A stretch of DNA of 64,000 nucleotides from IMG/VR virus record IMGVR_UViG_3300030060_002740, positions 1 through 64,000 of that record. One strand, given 5' to 3'. Under the pieces are notes generated by a model. It searched no databases. It saw only the letters and a program-made list of their open reading frames with translations, and was not told the DNA's origin. Below, one piece after another: positions 41,623-51,935 of the stretch. The stretch comes from a virus. Positions within the stretch are counted from its first letter, which is position 1, and the number at the start of each line of letters is the position of its first letter. A program made the translations under genes and the position numbers.

Positions 41623-42153
41623 ATGACCGAAAACAAATGGACTGAGTTCACTGAGAAGATAACACAATGGAAAAGAGCGAATAAGGGATGGAACGACCCC
41701 GAACATAAGTCGTATCAAGAGGATTTAGATTCTCTTGACCGAATCATGAAGAAGGGTAGGAAGGATGAAGGCCGAAGGGCTAGAATCATGTCTACTGTTC
41801 GCACTCTCTTTATGGATATACCAACATCACCATTCAGAACAGGCAAAGCCTCTTCGATTGATGCGGGTATGCTTGCAAAATACAACAAAAGCCGAATTGA
41901 TGCCCGAACTGCCTTGATTACTGCATGGAATGCGTCAAAGTTCCTTCAGATGTATGAAGTAAAGAGCAAAAGAGGCGGAGGCGGAGTTTTCGCCACTGCT
42001 GAAGAGTATGCTGACTATCAATTGAGTTCATCGGACTCAAGAGTTCACTCAGCAATGCGTGGAACATCAAAAGACTATCAGTTCGCTGATGGTAAGCCTC
42101 TAATCAACCTTATACCTCAAAAGGTAGTACCTCTATCAGAGTTATTTGATTAG
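41623..42153 (+). CDS. Hypothetical protein, paralog B
   Basis: AGGAG RBS before the ATG at 41623; aligns with 39972..40442. Confidence 0.75.
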   Translation: MTENKWTEFTEKITQWKRANKGWNDPEHKSYQEDLDSLDRIMKKGRKDEGRRARIMSTVRTLFMDIPTSPFRTGKASSIDAGMLAKYNKSRIDARTALITAWNASKFLQMYEVKSKRGGGGVFATAEEYADYQLSSSDSRVHSAMRGTSKDYQFADGKPLINLIPQKVVPLSELFD

Positions 42154-42213
42154 ACGGACCAAAAGTAGGGGGGGACACCCTAAAACTCGCCTCAGTCCCC
42201 CTCTACACCCTTC

Positions 42214-42278
42214 GGGGTCTTATGTTCGCAAAGCAATTACAACCATATGGTTGCTACGAACTTTGTGACGTTAAACCC
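42214..42278. repeat. Spaced palindrome copy 5 (between convergent genes)
   Basis: GGGGT..GCAAAG..CAACCATATGGTTG..ACTTTGT..ACCC, flanked by UUCG-loop hairpins. Confidence 0.9.
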
Positions 42279-42304
42279 TGAGAGGATGCCCGAAGGCAAT
42301 CCAA

Positions 42305-42568
42305 TCAGTATCCGTCCTGAACCCTAATTGTCTCAACGAAATACTTTGGGTTTTTGAGCATCTCACGGATTTGGTGCATCCTTTCAACGCCCTTACCACG
42401 AATAGCACCATTGAGGGTTGCAATTTCAGCAGTCAATCTGTCTATCTGTATTGCATTCATTCTTTTTACTTCCCGAATTGCACTTCTCTCATATTGGTGG
42501 TATTCTGTGATTCTAACTGTGTCATCTGCGTAGTTTCTGCTCTTTATTGCATACATTGTTCTTGTCAT
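42305..42568 (-). CDS. Small hypothetical protein, probably leaderless
   Basis: MTRTMYAIKSRN...; ATG lies 32 nt from palindrome copy 6. Confidence 0.6.
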   Translation of the reverse strand: MTRTMYAIKSRNYADDTVRITEYHQYERSAIREVKRMNAIQIDRLTAEIATLNGAIRGKGVERMHQIREMLKNPKYFVETIRVQDGY

Positions 42569-42596
42569 GTAGTATATATCCACCTTTTCGGGTATA

Positions 42597-42664
42597 ATTA
42601 GGGTTCTTTCTGCAAAGCATAGAACCATATGGTAGTATATACTTTGTAGAAATGCTACCCTAAT
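42597..42664. repeat. Spaced palindrome copy 6
   Basis: ATTAGGGT..TTTCTGCAAAG..ACCATATGGT(42624)..CTTTGTAGAAA..ACCCTAAT. Confidence 0.95.
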
Positions 42665-42687
42665 ACCCACAATATCTTGATAATACC

Positions 42688-43452
42688 ATGAGCGTAACAT
42701 ACGAACAAACAGCGAAATACACATACAGCGAAGAGAAGTTTAGCGACAAAGCATTCTGCAAGGTTGCTAAGAAACTAATGGACAGAGGGTTGACTTTAGT
42801 TGGTTGGCACTATTCAGCATCGCCACCAGAGATAGTTTATGGCGAAGTCGAAAAGGAAACAGTCGCAACCGACTATGAGATTACTATTGGTGGTAAATCT
42901 GCATTCACTACTCAGTACCGTTCAACTGCTAACGATATTGTAGCGGAGTTGGAAGGCAATGGTTTTGATGGTGGTATTTCAGAGGTCACTAGGAAGACCA
43001 CTAAGATGGTGTGGCAACAGCCAAAAGGCTCTAAGATGTATATGCAAGTCTCAAACTTTGAGGGTGAATTGTCATACTACAAGCAGTATCTCACATACAG
43101 TATAGTCCATCCAAGGAATGACGGCATGGAAGATGACTTGGCTGAAGTGGAACTAGTACCTAAACTCACTAACTCAAACGATGGAGTCATACTGACTATG
43201 AAAACGATTCTAAAGTTAGATAGGGTTCTGAGGGCTGACAGAGTAAAACCGAGTATGGTTGATATTACTCTACATGACTTTGGCCTAATCAAGAGTAAGG
43301 TCGAAGACGCACTCGGTATTCGTAATGCTATATTGAAGGACTGTACTTTCAATGTGAATACCCTCAGTGAAACTGAGTGTTCACCCGATATCATTTACCA
43401 AAGGGAAGTAGCGACCCAATCAGCGAGGGATGGCCCACAAGAAGAAGAATGA
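42688..43452 (+). CDS. Hypothetical protein, probably leaderless
   Basis: ATG lies 27 nt after the ACCC of copy 6; followed by a GAAA-loop hairpin. Confidence 0.7.
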   Translation: MSVTYEQTAKYTYSEEKFSDKAFCKVAKKLMDRGLTLVGWHYSASPPEIVYGEVEKETVATDYEITIGGKSAFTTQYRSTANDIVAELEGNGFDGGISEVTRKTTKMVWQQPKGSKMYMQVSNFEGELSYYKQYLTYSIVHPRNDGMEDDLAEVELVPKLTNSNDGVILTMKTILKLDRVLRADRVKPSMVDITLHDFGLIKSKVEDALGIRNAILKDCTFNVNTLSETECSPDIIYQREVATQSARDGPQEEE

Positions 43453-43474
43453 ACGTAAACCCATTGTCCCGAAA

Positions 43475-43517
43475 GGGGCTTTGTGGTCGTTTATACAAAG
43501 TTATCCAACCATATGCT
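43475..43517. repeat. Spaced palindrome copy 7 (left half only)
   Basis: GGGG..ACAAAGT(43495)..ACCATATGCT(43508). Confidence 0.75.
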
Positions 43518-43592
43518 TTGCATTGCAAAATTTTTTTGTTTCATTGTTTCTATTACCCAAAGTTAATTTGTATAACCTCTTAGCGAACACCA

Positions 43593-45982
43593 ATGACCGA
43601 TGAGGCTGTTATTTTAGAACTGGTAAAAAACGCCAATAAGATACTGTCCTCAATACGAGAAGAAATTGACAACATAAAGGTTCAAGGCAAGTTAGACCCT
43701 TCTTTGGATAAGAAATTAGTTGCAATAAAAACCGCTACAAAACAACTCGGTAGTGAGATATTAAACAAGGTATTCAGACAAACACGCTTAACAGATTATG
43801 AGGGCTTTGGCACTAAATGATTTTTATTCTGGTTATAGGTGAAAAAGATGGAAAAAATTTTTGCTAGTCCCGAAAAAATTCCAGCCCATTTTTTGAAAAA
43901 AGACGGGGTAGAATCTTTTGACCTATGGTTTGATACACTTCACAAGGACTTTCAGATGGCTAAGACCGAAGGTGGTGTTGATGATGCTATTGATGAGTTA
44001 GAGGAAGTAGTGGAAGAGTTCGACTTGACCGAGAATGAATGGGCTTCGGTTGATGATGCGTCTGATTACCTCTTTGAGCATAAGTACAAAGATAAGATGA
44101 AGAAGAGTTGGGCCGATATCATAAAAGCCACTATGAAAGCACCCCGTATTCCAAGAAAGAAAGGACAGAAAAGAAACTCAAAGGAGCATTCTGATTTGTA
44201 TACAGATGAAAACCCAAAAGGAACTATTCATGGTTTGGGATTCAAGGATGAGGAGAAGTCTAGGAAGTCTGTTTCTAAGATAAAGAACAGTAACAGAAGT
44301 CATGCACATAAAACACAAGCCGCAATAGCAATGGAGCAAAGAGCAAGGGAAATGGGTAAGACCAAAGAAGCAGCGATATACAGGAAGTTCATAGAACAGC
44401 AGAAAAAGAAAACCGAGGCTAGAAAATGAAACAGTGGTTGATTAGAAAGTTGATTGCCTTAATGGGTAACACCTATGTTTGGTTGGACAAGAAGTTAGTT
44501 CATCCTGATGGGCCAGTTCTAGGTTTGGAGATTGATGATGACTTTGCTAAGATGAGCAGATATGAGTTATGTTGTCACATTGAGGATAAGTTCGGATTAG
44601 AGAGAGATTCTTTTTGGAAGTTGGAATCTACACAGAAGATAAGGTTCTGTTCTCAAACTGCAAGGAACATACTTACGCCAAAAAAGAGGAAGAAGAAATG
44701 AGTAACTTAAGCAAGTTTGATAGTCTTCATCATAGTGCGACTATGCAGGGTTCACTAAGCACCGATGATGATTCTTGGTTTAACATACTAAGAATGGGAG
44801 GGGCGGTAACGTCAACCTCAAGTGGTACATCGGCATTATTCAACAATAAAACGGGAGGGGGAAAAAGACGTGGTAAAAAGAAAAAGAGTCTCAAAAGACA
44901 AAGGTATCAAGACGAAACTACCAGACGGGACAGACGCTACAATCAACGTAAGTAAAAGGTCTTTTGGACAGAATTTCCAAGAGTGGGAAAGAAAAGCCGG
45001 AGGACTTTCAGGTGATTCAATTGGGATGATTAGTCCTGAAGCCAGTAACATGACTTTACTCGATGTAGTGAAAGAACAAGGAGTAATTGGAAGAATCAAG
45101 GGAAAGAAGGGAAGTAAGATAAAGGGCAAAGGTGGAGTTGCTATCTTCAAGGCGTTGAAAACTATCTTCAATAAACCTGATATGTCCAAAGGACAGTTAC
45201 CTGCCTTGAAAGCATTGGATACACTAATGAATGCGATTGAGGGAAGTTCTGCTGACCCTCGTAATATTGTATTCTCTAATCCGGTGGATTGGTCAGAAGA
45301 CACTGGAAGAGTCTTGGATACTGAACCTGTTTATGGACATTATAGAACTGATGAGTATGAAACTGTTAGAGATTTGAAAGACGAGGATGTTCCCGCAGTT
45401 TCATCAGAATGGTATAATGATTCCAAGAATGCTGCCACACCACCATTTTGGCAAGCACTTTATGGTAAGGGAACTAATGCTCCTTTCAATTCTCCAAGCC
45501 TACATATGATAATTAAACAGGCTATCAAAGATATTGGGGATGCCCCAATAATTATCAACAAGGACAACCCTGTTCCCATCGAGGGTAAGAAGGCTGCAAC
45601 TACTGCCCTCACAATTTCTGTATTGAGAGGCATAGTGGAAACAGAGTTGAATAATGGAAAAGAGGGTAAGTCATTTCCTGATAGTAAAGTTAGAAGATTG
45701 ATTATGGGGCAACCGTTTGATATTAGAACGGAAAAGGAATCCGAAGCAGTCAAGTCCCTCAAGAAACTGAACATTCCAAATGACATCGAGGAGTGTTGGT
45801 TCAAGTTATCAAGAAGACAAGTTAAGTTGATGGCTTTTGAACTTGCTAAGAGAAAAGGCGTGAAGATGCACTTCAGACAAGCAAGTGGAGATATTGCAAG
45901 AAGCCCATTGGTCTTCGGAGAAAGACCTGACCCTGATACTGAGAAGAAATCTCTTGATTGGAAAGGGATGTTAGCGAGGTGA
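43593..45982 (+). CDS. Five hypothetical late genes (43593-43820, 43839-44429, 44426-44701, 44698-44955, 44870-45982)
   Basis: Coupled ORFs, several Lys/Arg-rich; 43839 carries DLYTDENPKGTIHGLGFKD. Confidence 0.55.
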
Positions 45983-46147
45983 TTAGTGTTGAAGTGTTGT
46001 AAAATAATAGGTTCATTTGATAATTGGTCTAATACAATGTGTCCTTATTGTGGGAATTACATAGAGAGGTGAGAGTTTGTTTTGGGGAGTCTGTTGTTTT
46101 TGTTTAGCAGTAACTCCCTTTGAGTCATCAACTTCTTCCGGTGATTT

Positions 46148-46843
46148 TTGTGTTACATGTGGAACATACGAGGGGGCGTTATTTTGACTGTAACAAGAAA
46201 AAGATGTCGTCTTTGTATGCACGAAGACAGGGAAATCTTTGAGAGAGATTTGGAGAGTATGCACCTTCACCCTGATGACTTGGACAGTAGGATGAACTGG
46301 CCTAGTGGGACATCTGCCAAACATCAGAGAAATCACATGGGAGGTTATGCTGATGCCTCTAACCCCAAGTGTGCATTGTGTGTTTATGAGAATCGTTCAG
46401 AAATTGAACAGGAATTGTATTCGGGAGATATGACTCCTGAACTTGCCGCCAAGATAGTGGGTTGTTCAAAGGAGCAAGTTGTTAGACACATCAAGAAACA
46501 TACACAACCATTGGTGCAAAAAGCAGCAGCACAAATATTGGCGACAAAGGAAGTCAATGAGATTGATACCCTAAGTGGTAACATCACTAACCTTGAGAGA
46601 AAGTTGGAAGCCTTGTTTGAGATAGAAGACTTAGACCACAAATCAATTGATTCACTGACAAAGTTAGCGAAGGAAGTAAGAGAGTCGCTAAAGTATCTAA
46701 TGGAGTTCAAGGGTAAACTCGTTCACAGAAGACAAGACACAATCATTGTTCATCAAATGCAGATTATCAAAGAAGTGTTAGCACAAAACCATCCCGAAGT
46801 TTGGTTGGATGTCAGAAAACAAATGGAGGATAAGTTACAATGA
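46148..46843 (+). CDS. Putative terminase small subunit / DNA-binding protein
   Basis: Two CxxC+HTH-like repeats (CRLCMH..., CALCVY...) followed by a coiled coil; upstream of terL. Confidence 0.45.
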   Translation: MCYMWNIRGGVILTVTRKRCRLCMHEDREIFERDLESMHLHPDDLDSRMNWPSGTSAKHQRNHMGGYADASNPKCALCVYENRSEIEQELYSGDMTPELAAKIVGCSKEQVVRHIKKHTQPLVQKAAAQILATKEVNEIDTLSGNITNLERKLEALFEIEDLDHKSIDSLTKLAKEVRESLKYLMEFKGKLVHRRQDTIIVHQMQIIKEVLAQNHPEVWLDVRKQMEDKLQ

Positions 46844-48639
46844 GTTGGTCAAGGGTTCTGAAGAGAAAGACTCTACGGGATAAGGTAGTTCAAGCATCCA
46901 AGGATGGTAACTTCGATGAACTTCTTCAGAACCATAAACCCGCACAATTGCGTAGAGCAGTAAACGAATTATTAGACATTGATATGCCACAAGAGAGGTT
47001 TCAGCCTTTGTTGGATAAACTTGGAACTGCTAAGAGGGTTGATGGTAAAAGAAACCCTGAATATGAAGACCCTAATACTAAGGAAATAGAAATGTATGAA
47101 TCCTTCATGAAAGGTAATCACGAAGAATTACTTACATTCCTAACAGAAGGAGGAAGAAGCACAGTAACAAATAGAATTTCACGCTTGATGAAATGGAACT
47201 CTGAGAACGGAGATGCACTTCTGAAATACGTCAAGGATAAACCCGAACTCTATGGCTACATCACTAAGGACATAACACTCACACTACCCAATAACTTTGA
47301 TAGGGATATTTTGGATGATTACCAATTTGTAATGGAGAGAGGTATCAAAGTAACTTTACCTGAGTTCCTAACAATAGAACAAGGAAAGGCACTTGCAGGT
47401 GGTCAGCCATCACAACCAATTGAGAGAACTGCTTTTGCTAGAATCTTCAAAGCCCCTGAATACAAGGATAAGATTGTAGCAACTTCTGTCAAATTAGAGG
47501 AAAGCACAATTGATGGTGGATTTGCAGCAGATTATCTGAACATGGTTGTAACAAATCTACGTGGTAATACAAGAGAACCATTCATGCCTACATTCTCAGT
47601 ATCAGAAGCCCCTTCTTCGGGACAAATTAGAGAAGCACAAAAGTTGTTCTTCGGTGCTAAGACTGGTGGAGGCACAAGTAGGATGTATCCCGCAATGGAG
47701 TATATTCTAAGAAATGAGAAGTTGGACTTGGATGTTGGTTTTGTTAGAACTCAAACTAAGGAAACACTACAAGAAGTGGAGTTGGCTAATAAGTTCCAAA
47801 GGGCAGAGATAGATGATGAGGAATTGAATAAGTTATACAATAAGTTTGTAAAAACCAAGACTGATGAGGATGGTAATGTAACAAGCGTTACAGGTTATGC
47901 TAACTTCAAACGAGCAGTTGTTGATGCAGGGCTTGAAGACAGGTATAACAAGTTCTTGAAAGAAACCCAAGTCAGACGCTATACTCTACCTGTTGAAGTT
48001 AGAGATGCTTTAGTTGCTATGATTGACAATGAAGCAGATGATAAACAAGTTAAATTGGTAAAGGCCAAATTAGGGCATCTATTCTCAAAGGTTGGTTTCA
48101 AGCGTTCAGTCAGAGAGATGCGTAAGAAGAAGGTAAACTACGGCGACCCTGATAAGATAAAAGAGGCTCTACTTTCTATGGAAGAAAAAGCAGAGGGAAC
48201 TGTTTCTATAACAGACAAACTATTCCTTGAGAGAGTTAACTTCCTATTCGATGATGTAGACCAAGACCCATTGGGTAATTTCCTTTCGGGAATGGATAGT
48301 GGTGGTAAGTTTAGATTAAGGGATATGCAACTTTCTTCTAAGCAGGTTCTACAATTTTCAGATTTATTGGTTATGGTTCTACAATTATCGAGAAAGATGT
48401 TGAGGGATTCTAAGTTGCAAATGTCCTTGAAGAGATTACTTAGAGAAACAGATGCTAAGAAAAAGAAAGAAACGGAAGACGAGTTTAAGACAAAACTATC
48501 AGAATCATATTCTAAAATACATAAAGGTGTATTAGACGCAATAAGAAGAAAGATGGTGCAAGTGATGGAAGAACCATTGCTACACAATAAATCAGGAGCG
48601 ATTCAACCATACGATTGGATTAACGAGAACAGGAGTTGA
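46840..48639 (+). CDS. Large hypothetical protein (possible internal virion protein)
   Basis: Begins MSWSRVLKRK; head-module context. Confidence 0.5.
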   Translation: MSWSRVLKRKTLRDKVVQASKDGNFDELLQNHKPAQLRRAVNELLDIDMPQERFQPLLDKLGTAKRVDGKRNPEYEDPNTKEIEMYESFMKGNHEELLTFLTEGGRSTVTNRISRLMKWNSENGDALLKYVKDKPELYGYITKDITLTLPNNFDRDILDDYQFVMERGIKVTLPEFLTIEQGKALAGGQPSQPIERTAFARIFKAPEYKDKIVATSVKLEESTIDGGFAADYLNMVVTNLRGNTREPFMPTFSVSEAPSSGQIREAQKLFFGAKTGGGTSRMYPAMEYILRNEKLDLDVGFVRTQTKETLQEVELANKFQRAEIDDEELNKLYNKFVKTKTDEDGNVTSVTGYANFKRAVVDAGLEDRYNKFLKETQVRRYTLPVEVRDALVAMIDNEADDKQVKLVKAKLGHLFSKVGFKRSVREMRKKKVNYGDPDKIKEALLSMEEKAEGTVSITDKLFLERVNFLFDDVDQDPLGNFLSGMDSGGKFRLRDMQLSSKQVLQFSDLLVMVLQLSRKMLRDSKLQMSLKRLLRETDAKKKKETEDEFKTKLSESYSKIHKGVLDAIRRKMVQVMEEPLLHNKSGAIQPYDWINENRS

Positions 48640-48643
48640 GCAA

Positions 48644-51430
48644 ATGATATCAGATGAAGAATTATACAACGCATTTAGGATTTTAATGCTTGAGCCTGAT
48701 GAGTTCGATGAGTTTACTGAGAGGATGGTTGCTGAACAGTATAAGGATGAAGACCCTAAAGCAATAGCAGATAAGGTTGAATTAGAAGCCGATGATAGAG
48801 CAGAAGACTATCTTAGGTCTTTCAAGCCTGAGTTCCTATACAACTTGATTAAAGATGATGCAGACTTCATGGAGAATGGGAAGTTATCTTCTAAGTATCA
48901 GAAGTCAGGCAAACAATTGGGAGAACTAACTCAATTACTGATAGAGGACATTTCTTCCAAACACGAAGAGTTTGAAGAAATACCCGATGCTATCAGAAAT
49001 AGCATGATTAAGAAATTATTAGAGTTAGGCGGTGTATCAGGTAGAGTTCTGACTACTGACTTAGAAGAAGCAACAACTGACCCTAGTAGGTCTATTGCAG
49101 TTGATGTTAAGAAATTGGATAAGGTTTTGAGGGCTTTTTTAGATGAAACTGGTAAACAGTTAACGTACAAGAATACAATAGAGAGTGGTGTAAAGAAAAG
49201 AAGTGATTTTGCCTCAACAGAAGCATATGAGGAATACTTAGAATCAATAAAAGGTAAACCACGTCAAGAAAGAGATTTAAGCAGAGTTTCGTTGAAGAAT
49301 AGAAACATAAGGAAGAAAGAAGTAGAACAGATGAAGTTTATTCTTGAGAATCAAAAGCCTTCTGTCAGAGACAGGCTTTCACCGTTAATGGTTGTATTGA
49401 GACAATTCGATAAGGTAGAAGAGAGAATAATTCAATTAGACGCTGACCAAATAATTGGTGAGTTGGATTTGAAGATGCTGAATAGAAGAAACAGAATCTA
49501 TTCCTTTTGGAAAGACCATCAAGGTAAGTATGGTGATTTCAAAGAAGCGTATAACAATTGTAGGACTGCATTCGCTAAAATACTAGCACCCTTGATTGAA
49601 GAGAATAAGGAAAACAAAGAAATCCAAGAGTTCAAAAAAATATTAGATAATTTCTTGGGATTTGCATCAGCAATAAACAATGACGAAATGAACTATGTTG
49701 TTAAGTTCAAACCAAAGGACATGGAAGTTTACTTTAGGAATCACAAGGGACTTGCTCTATATGAGAAGTTCATGGAAGATAGTGGTTTAGTTCGTGGTGA
49801 AACAAGGGAAGACGAAGATAGGAAAGCGAGAAGCGAGGGGTACTATGATGAGACAACTGGTGAATTCAAGGAAACCGTTTCCGTAGAAGGTGTCGAAACT
49901 CTTGATTCTGAGGAAGAAGTAATGGAAGCAGAGAGGAAAAAGGAAATGGAAGAACTCTCATTGTTTGGAGCAAAACTCAAGAGGCTTGAAAGCAAGAAAG
50001 TAGACCCACTATACTATCACGCATTCACTAAAGAAACAGGAGCGTTCAAGGATACTGTTGCCTTTGCCCAAGATATTCAAGCAATTCGTGAAGCCATGTT
50101 AGGTGCGGGAGCAGTTAGAGAAATGGCTACTGGTATTGATATGGATGACGAGATAAATGATTACGTCAACCAATTAGAAAGAACATTAGCAAGAGGAGGA
50201 AATGGCCCGTATTATCTACCATTATCTGAATCTGTTAGTAAGTTTGCAATCGAAGAGAACTGGAATGCTGACCCTATAAGTCTGAATACTGCAAGGGGAA
50301 TCAACAATCGTCTTAGACAGATTGGAGACTTCTTGGATAATCTCAGCCAAATCTTAGATGCAGGGGATGATTTGGATAGAGCGTCAGCACCCAGTTCCGC
50401 AATTGCAGATAAACAGGGAGAAGGTGTACCAAGTCAGAAGATGCCGCACCTTGGAACAAAGAACAGAAAAGACCATCTCGATAAAATCGAAGAGGCAAGA
50501 GAAGAGTTTGATGATTTGATAGAAGCAGTGTTAGATTACTTCGTAGTTCCTATGAGCGGTTCAAACAAACCATTCGATGACCCTCTACCTTTCGACACAA
50601 AGACAAACAAGACCCGTAGGATTTTCAGAGCATTAGCAACAGGAAAAACCGACACTGCATTGTTCAAGGTATTAGCACTGGAAGGCAGAGCAGGTTATAC
50701 AATGGTGAAAGCCTCAGAGTTAGAAAGCCTAACGAGAATGTTGGAGTTCTTACAAGATATAGAAGGTAGGAAAGACTTGCCTACTTTGGTTAATGAATTG
50801 GAAAAGGGAATCAAAACTGTCAATTTCATAATGCTAAACAAAAAAGGTTCTGCACTAGCAGAGGAAACTATGGTAGAGTTTGGTCATTATCTACATGAAG
50901 TCTTAGAGGCTAACGATATATCTTGGCCTTCCGACATGAAGTTCCCGAATAACAGTAGAGGCAAGACTCCCGAAGAGTGGAGTCAGATGTATGATACTGG
51001 TAAGGTGTATCCGTTTGAAGCAATAGAAACTCACATCAAGAGGAACATTGGAGGATACTCAGACAGTATGAGAACAATGGTTAGGGGTAGTGATAGAAGA
51101 GGAAAAGGCTCTAACACTATTGTTCAAAGATTCATCAATGCGATAAATGGAATGAAGATTCTAAGAAGTGAAAAGGAAAACACAATCCTATCGGTTCATG
51201 ACGAGATTCGTAAGATGATGGGTAAACCCGTATACTACAACAATGCTAAGTTGGACAACTATGACCATGTAAATAGTGCAATTGGTCTGATGAAATCAAG
51301 ATTCAAGGTTGATGTAACTGCACATGAAGTGGAGTCCATTGTAGGTGAATTGAACTCAATGGAAGAACTGAGCAAAAAGCATGGTGTTCCAAAGGAAGGT
51401 GTATATTTCTTGAAGGCTAATTTCAGGTGA
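48644..51430 (+). CDS. Large acidic helical hypothetical protein (928 aa)
   Basis: Long ORF; no motif recognised. Confidence 0.55.
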   Translation: MISDEELYNAFRILMLEPDEFDEFTERMVAEQYKDEDPKAIADKVELEADDRAEDYLRSFKPEFLYNLIKDDADFMENGKLSSKYQKSGKQLGELTQLLIEDISSKHEEFEEIPDAIRNSMIKKLLELGGVSGRVLTTDLEEATTDPSRSIAVDVKKLDKVLRAFLDETGKQLTYKNTIESGVKKRSDFASTEAYEEYLESIKGKPRQERDLSRVSLKNRNIRKKEVEQMKFILENQKPSVRDRLSPLMVVLRQFDKVEERIIQLDADQIIGELDLKMLNRRNRIYSFWKDHQGKYGDFKEAYNNCRTAFAKILAPLIEENKENKEIQEFKKILDNFLGFASAINNDEMNYVVKFKPKDMEVYFRNHKGLALYEKFMEDSGLVRGETREDEDRKARSEGYYDETTGEFKETVSVEGVETLDSEEEVMEAERKKEMEELSLFGAKLKRLESKKVDPLYYHAFTKETGAFKDTVAFAQDIQAIREAMLGAGAVREMATGIDMDDEINDYVNQLERTLARGGNGPYYLPLSESVSKFAIEENWNADPISLNTARGINNRLRQIGDFLDNLSQILDAGDDLDRASAPSSAIADKQGEGVPSQKMPHLGTKNRKDHLDKIEEAREEFDDLIEAVLDYFVVPMSGSNKPFDDPLPFDTKTNKTRRIFRALATGKTDTALFKVLALEGRAGYTMVKASELESLTRMLEFLQDIEGRKDLPTLVNELEKGIKTVNFIMLNKKGSALAEETMVEFGHYLHEVLEANDISWPSDMKFPNNSRGKTPEEWSQMYDTGKVYPFEAIETHIKRNIGGYSDSMRTMVRGSDRRGKGSNTIVQRFINAINGMKILRSEKENTILSVHDEIRKMMGKPVYYNNAKLDNYDHVNSAIGLMKSRFKVDVTAHEVESIVGELNSMEELSKKHGVPKEGVYFLKANFR

Positions 51431-51434
51431 TAAG

Positions 51435-51935
51435 ATGTTAGAGTTTCAAGAGATGTCTGAGGATGATGCCGTTAGAGTATTCTTAGATGATGGGTATTAT
51501 GAATACCAAAAAAGAAGAGAGCGTTACCAAAAAATATCTCCTAATTCATCTTGGGCTACTGCACCCGCAAGAATGTTTGTTGGTTTTTTAGAAGATAAAC
51601 CAGTAGGAGTTATTGGTTTTTCTAAATACAAAGGAGTTTTGTTAGGAGCAGGTATTCACGTTAGAAGAGGATTTAGAGGTAGAGGACTATCACAATTATT
51701 AGTTCAAAAACTCATAGAGGAAAAAGGAGGTCAAACTCTTTTTGTTAATATCGGCAACCCAAGAATTGCTAACACATATAGAAGATACGGATTCAAAGAT
51801 ATGAATGAAGAAGAGTTACCCGATGAATCAAGAAATGCTATTCAAGGATTAGAATTTGCCGACCAAGTTCAGAAGTGGGTTTGGGGAGTTCATCGAGATG
51901 TTTGGTTTGATGTGGTGAAAAATGGAATTAGATGA
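51435..51935 (+). CDS. GNAT-family acetyltransferase
   Basis: IHVRRGFRGRGLS (motif A), N..IANTYRRYGF. Confidence 0.8.
   Translation: MLEFQEMSEDDAVRVFLDDGYYEYQKRRERYQKISPNSSWATAPARMFVGFLEDKPVGVIGFSKYKGVLLGAGIHVRRGFRGRGLSQLLVQKLIEEKGGQTLFVNIGNPRIANTYRRYGFKDMNEEELPDESRNAIQGLEFADQVQKWVWGVHRDVWFDVVKNGIR

Noticed and set aside
39278-43517. CRISPR array interpretation of the palindromic repeats
   Set aside because: The intervening sequences are roughly 300-1000 bp and contain genes, and the repeats are gapped and degenerate. The Cas4-like gene is a solo replication-module nuclease.
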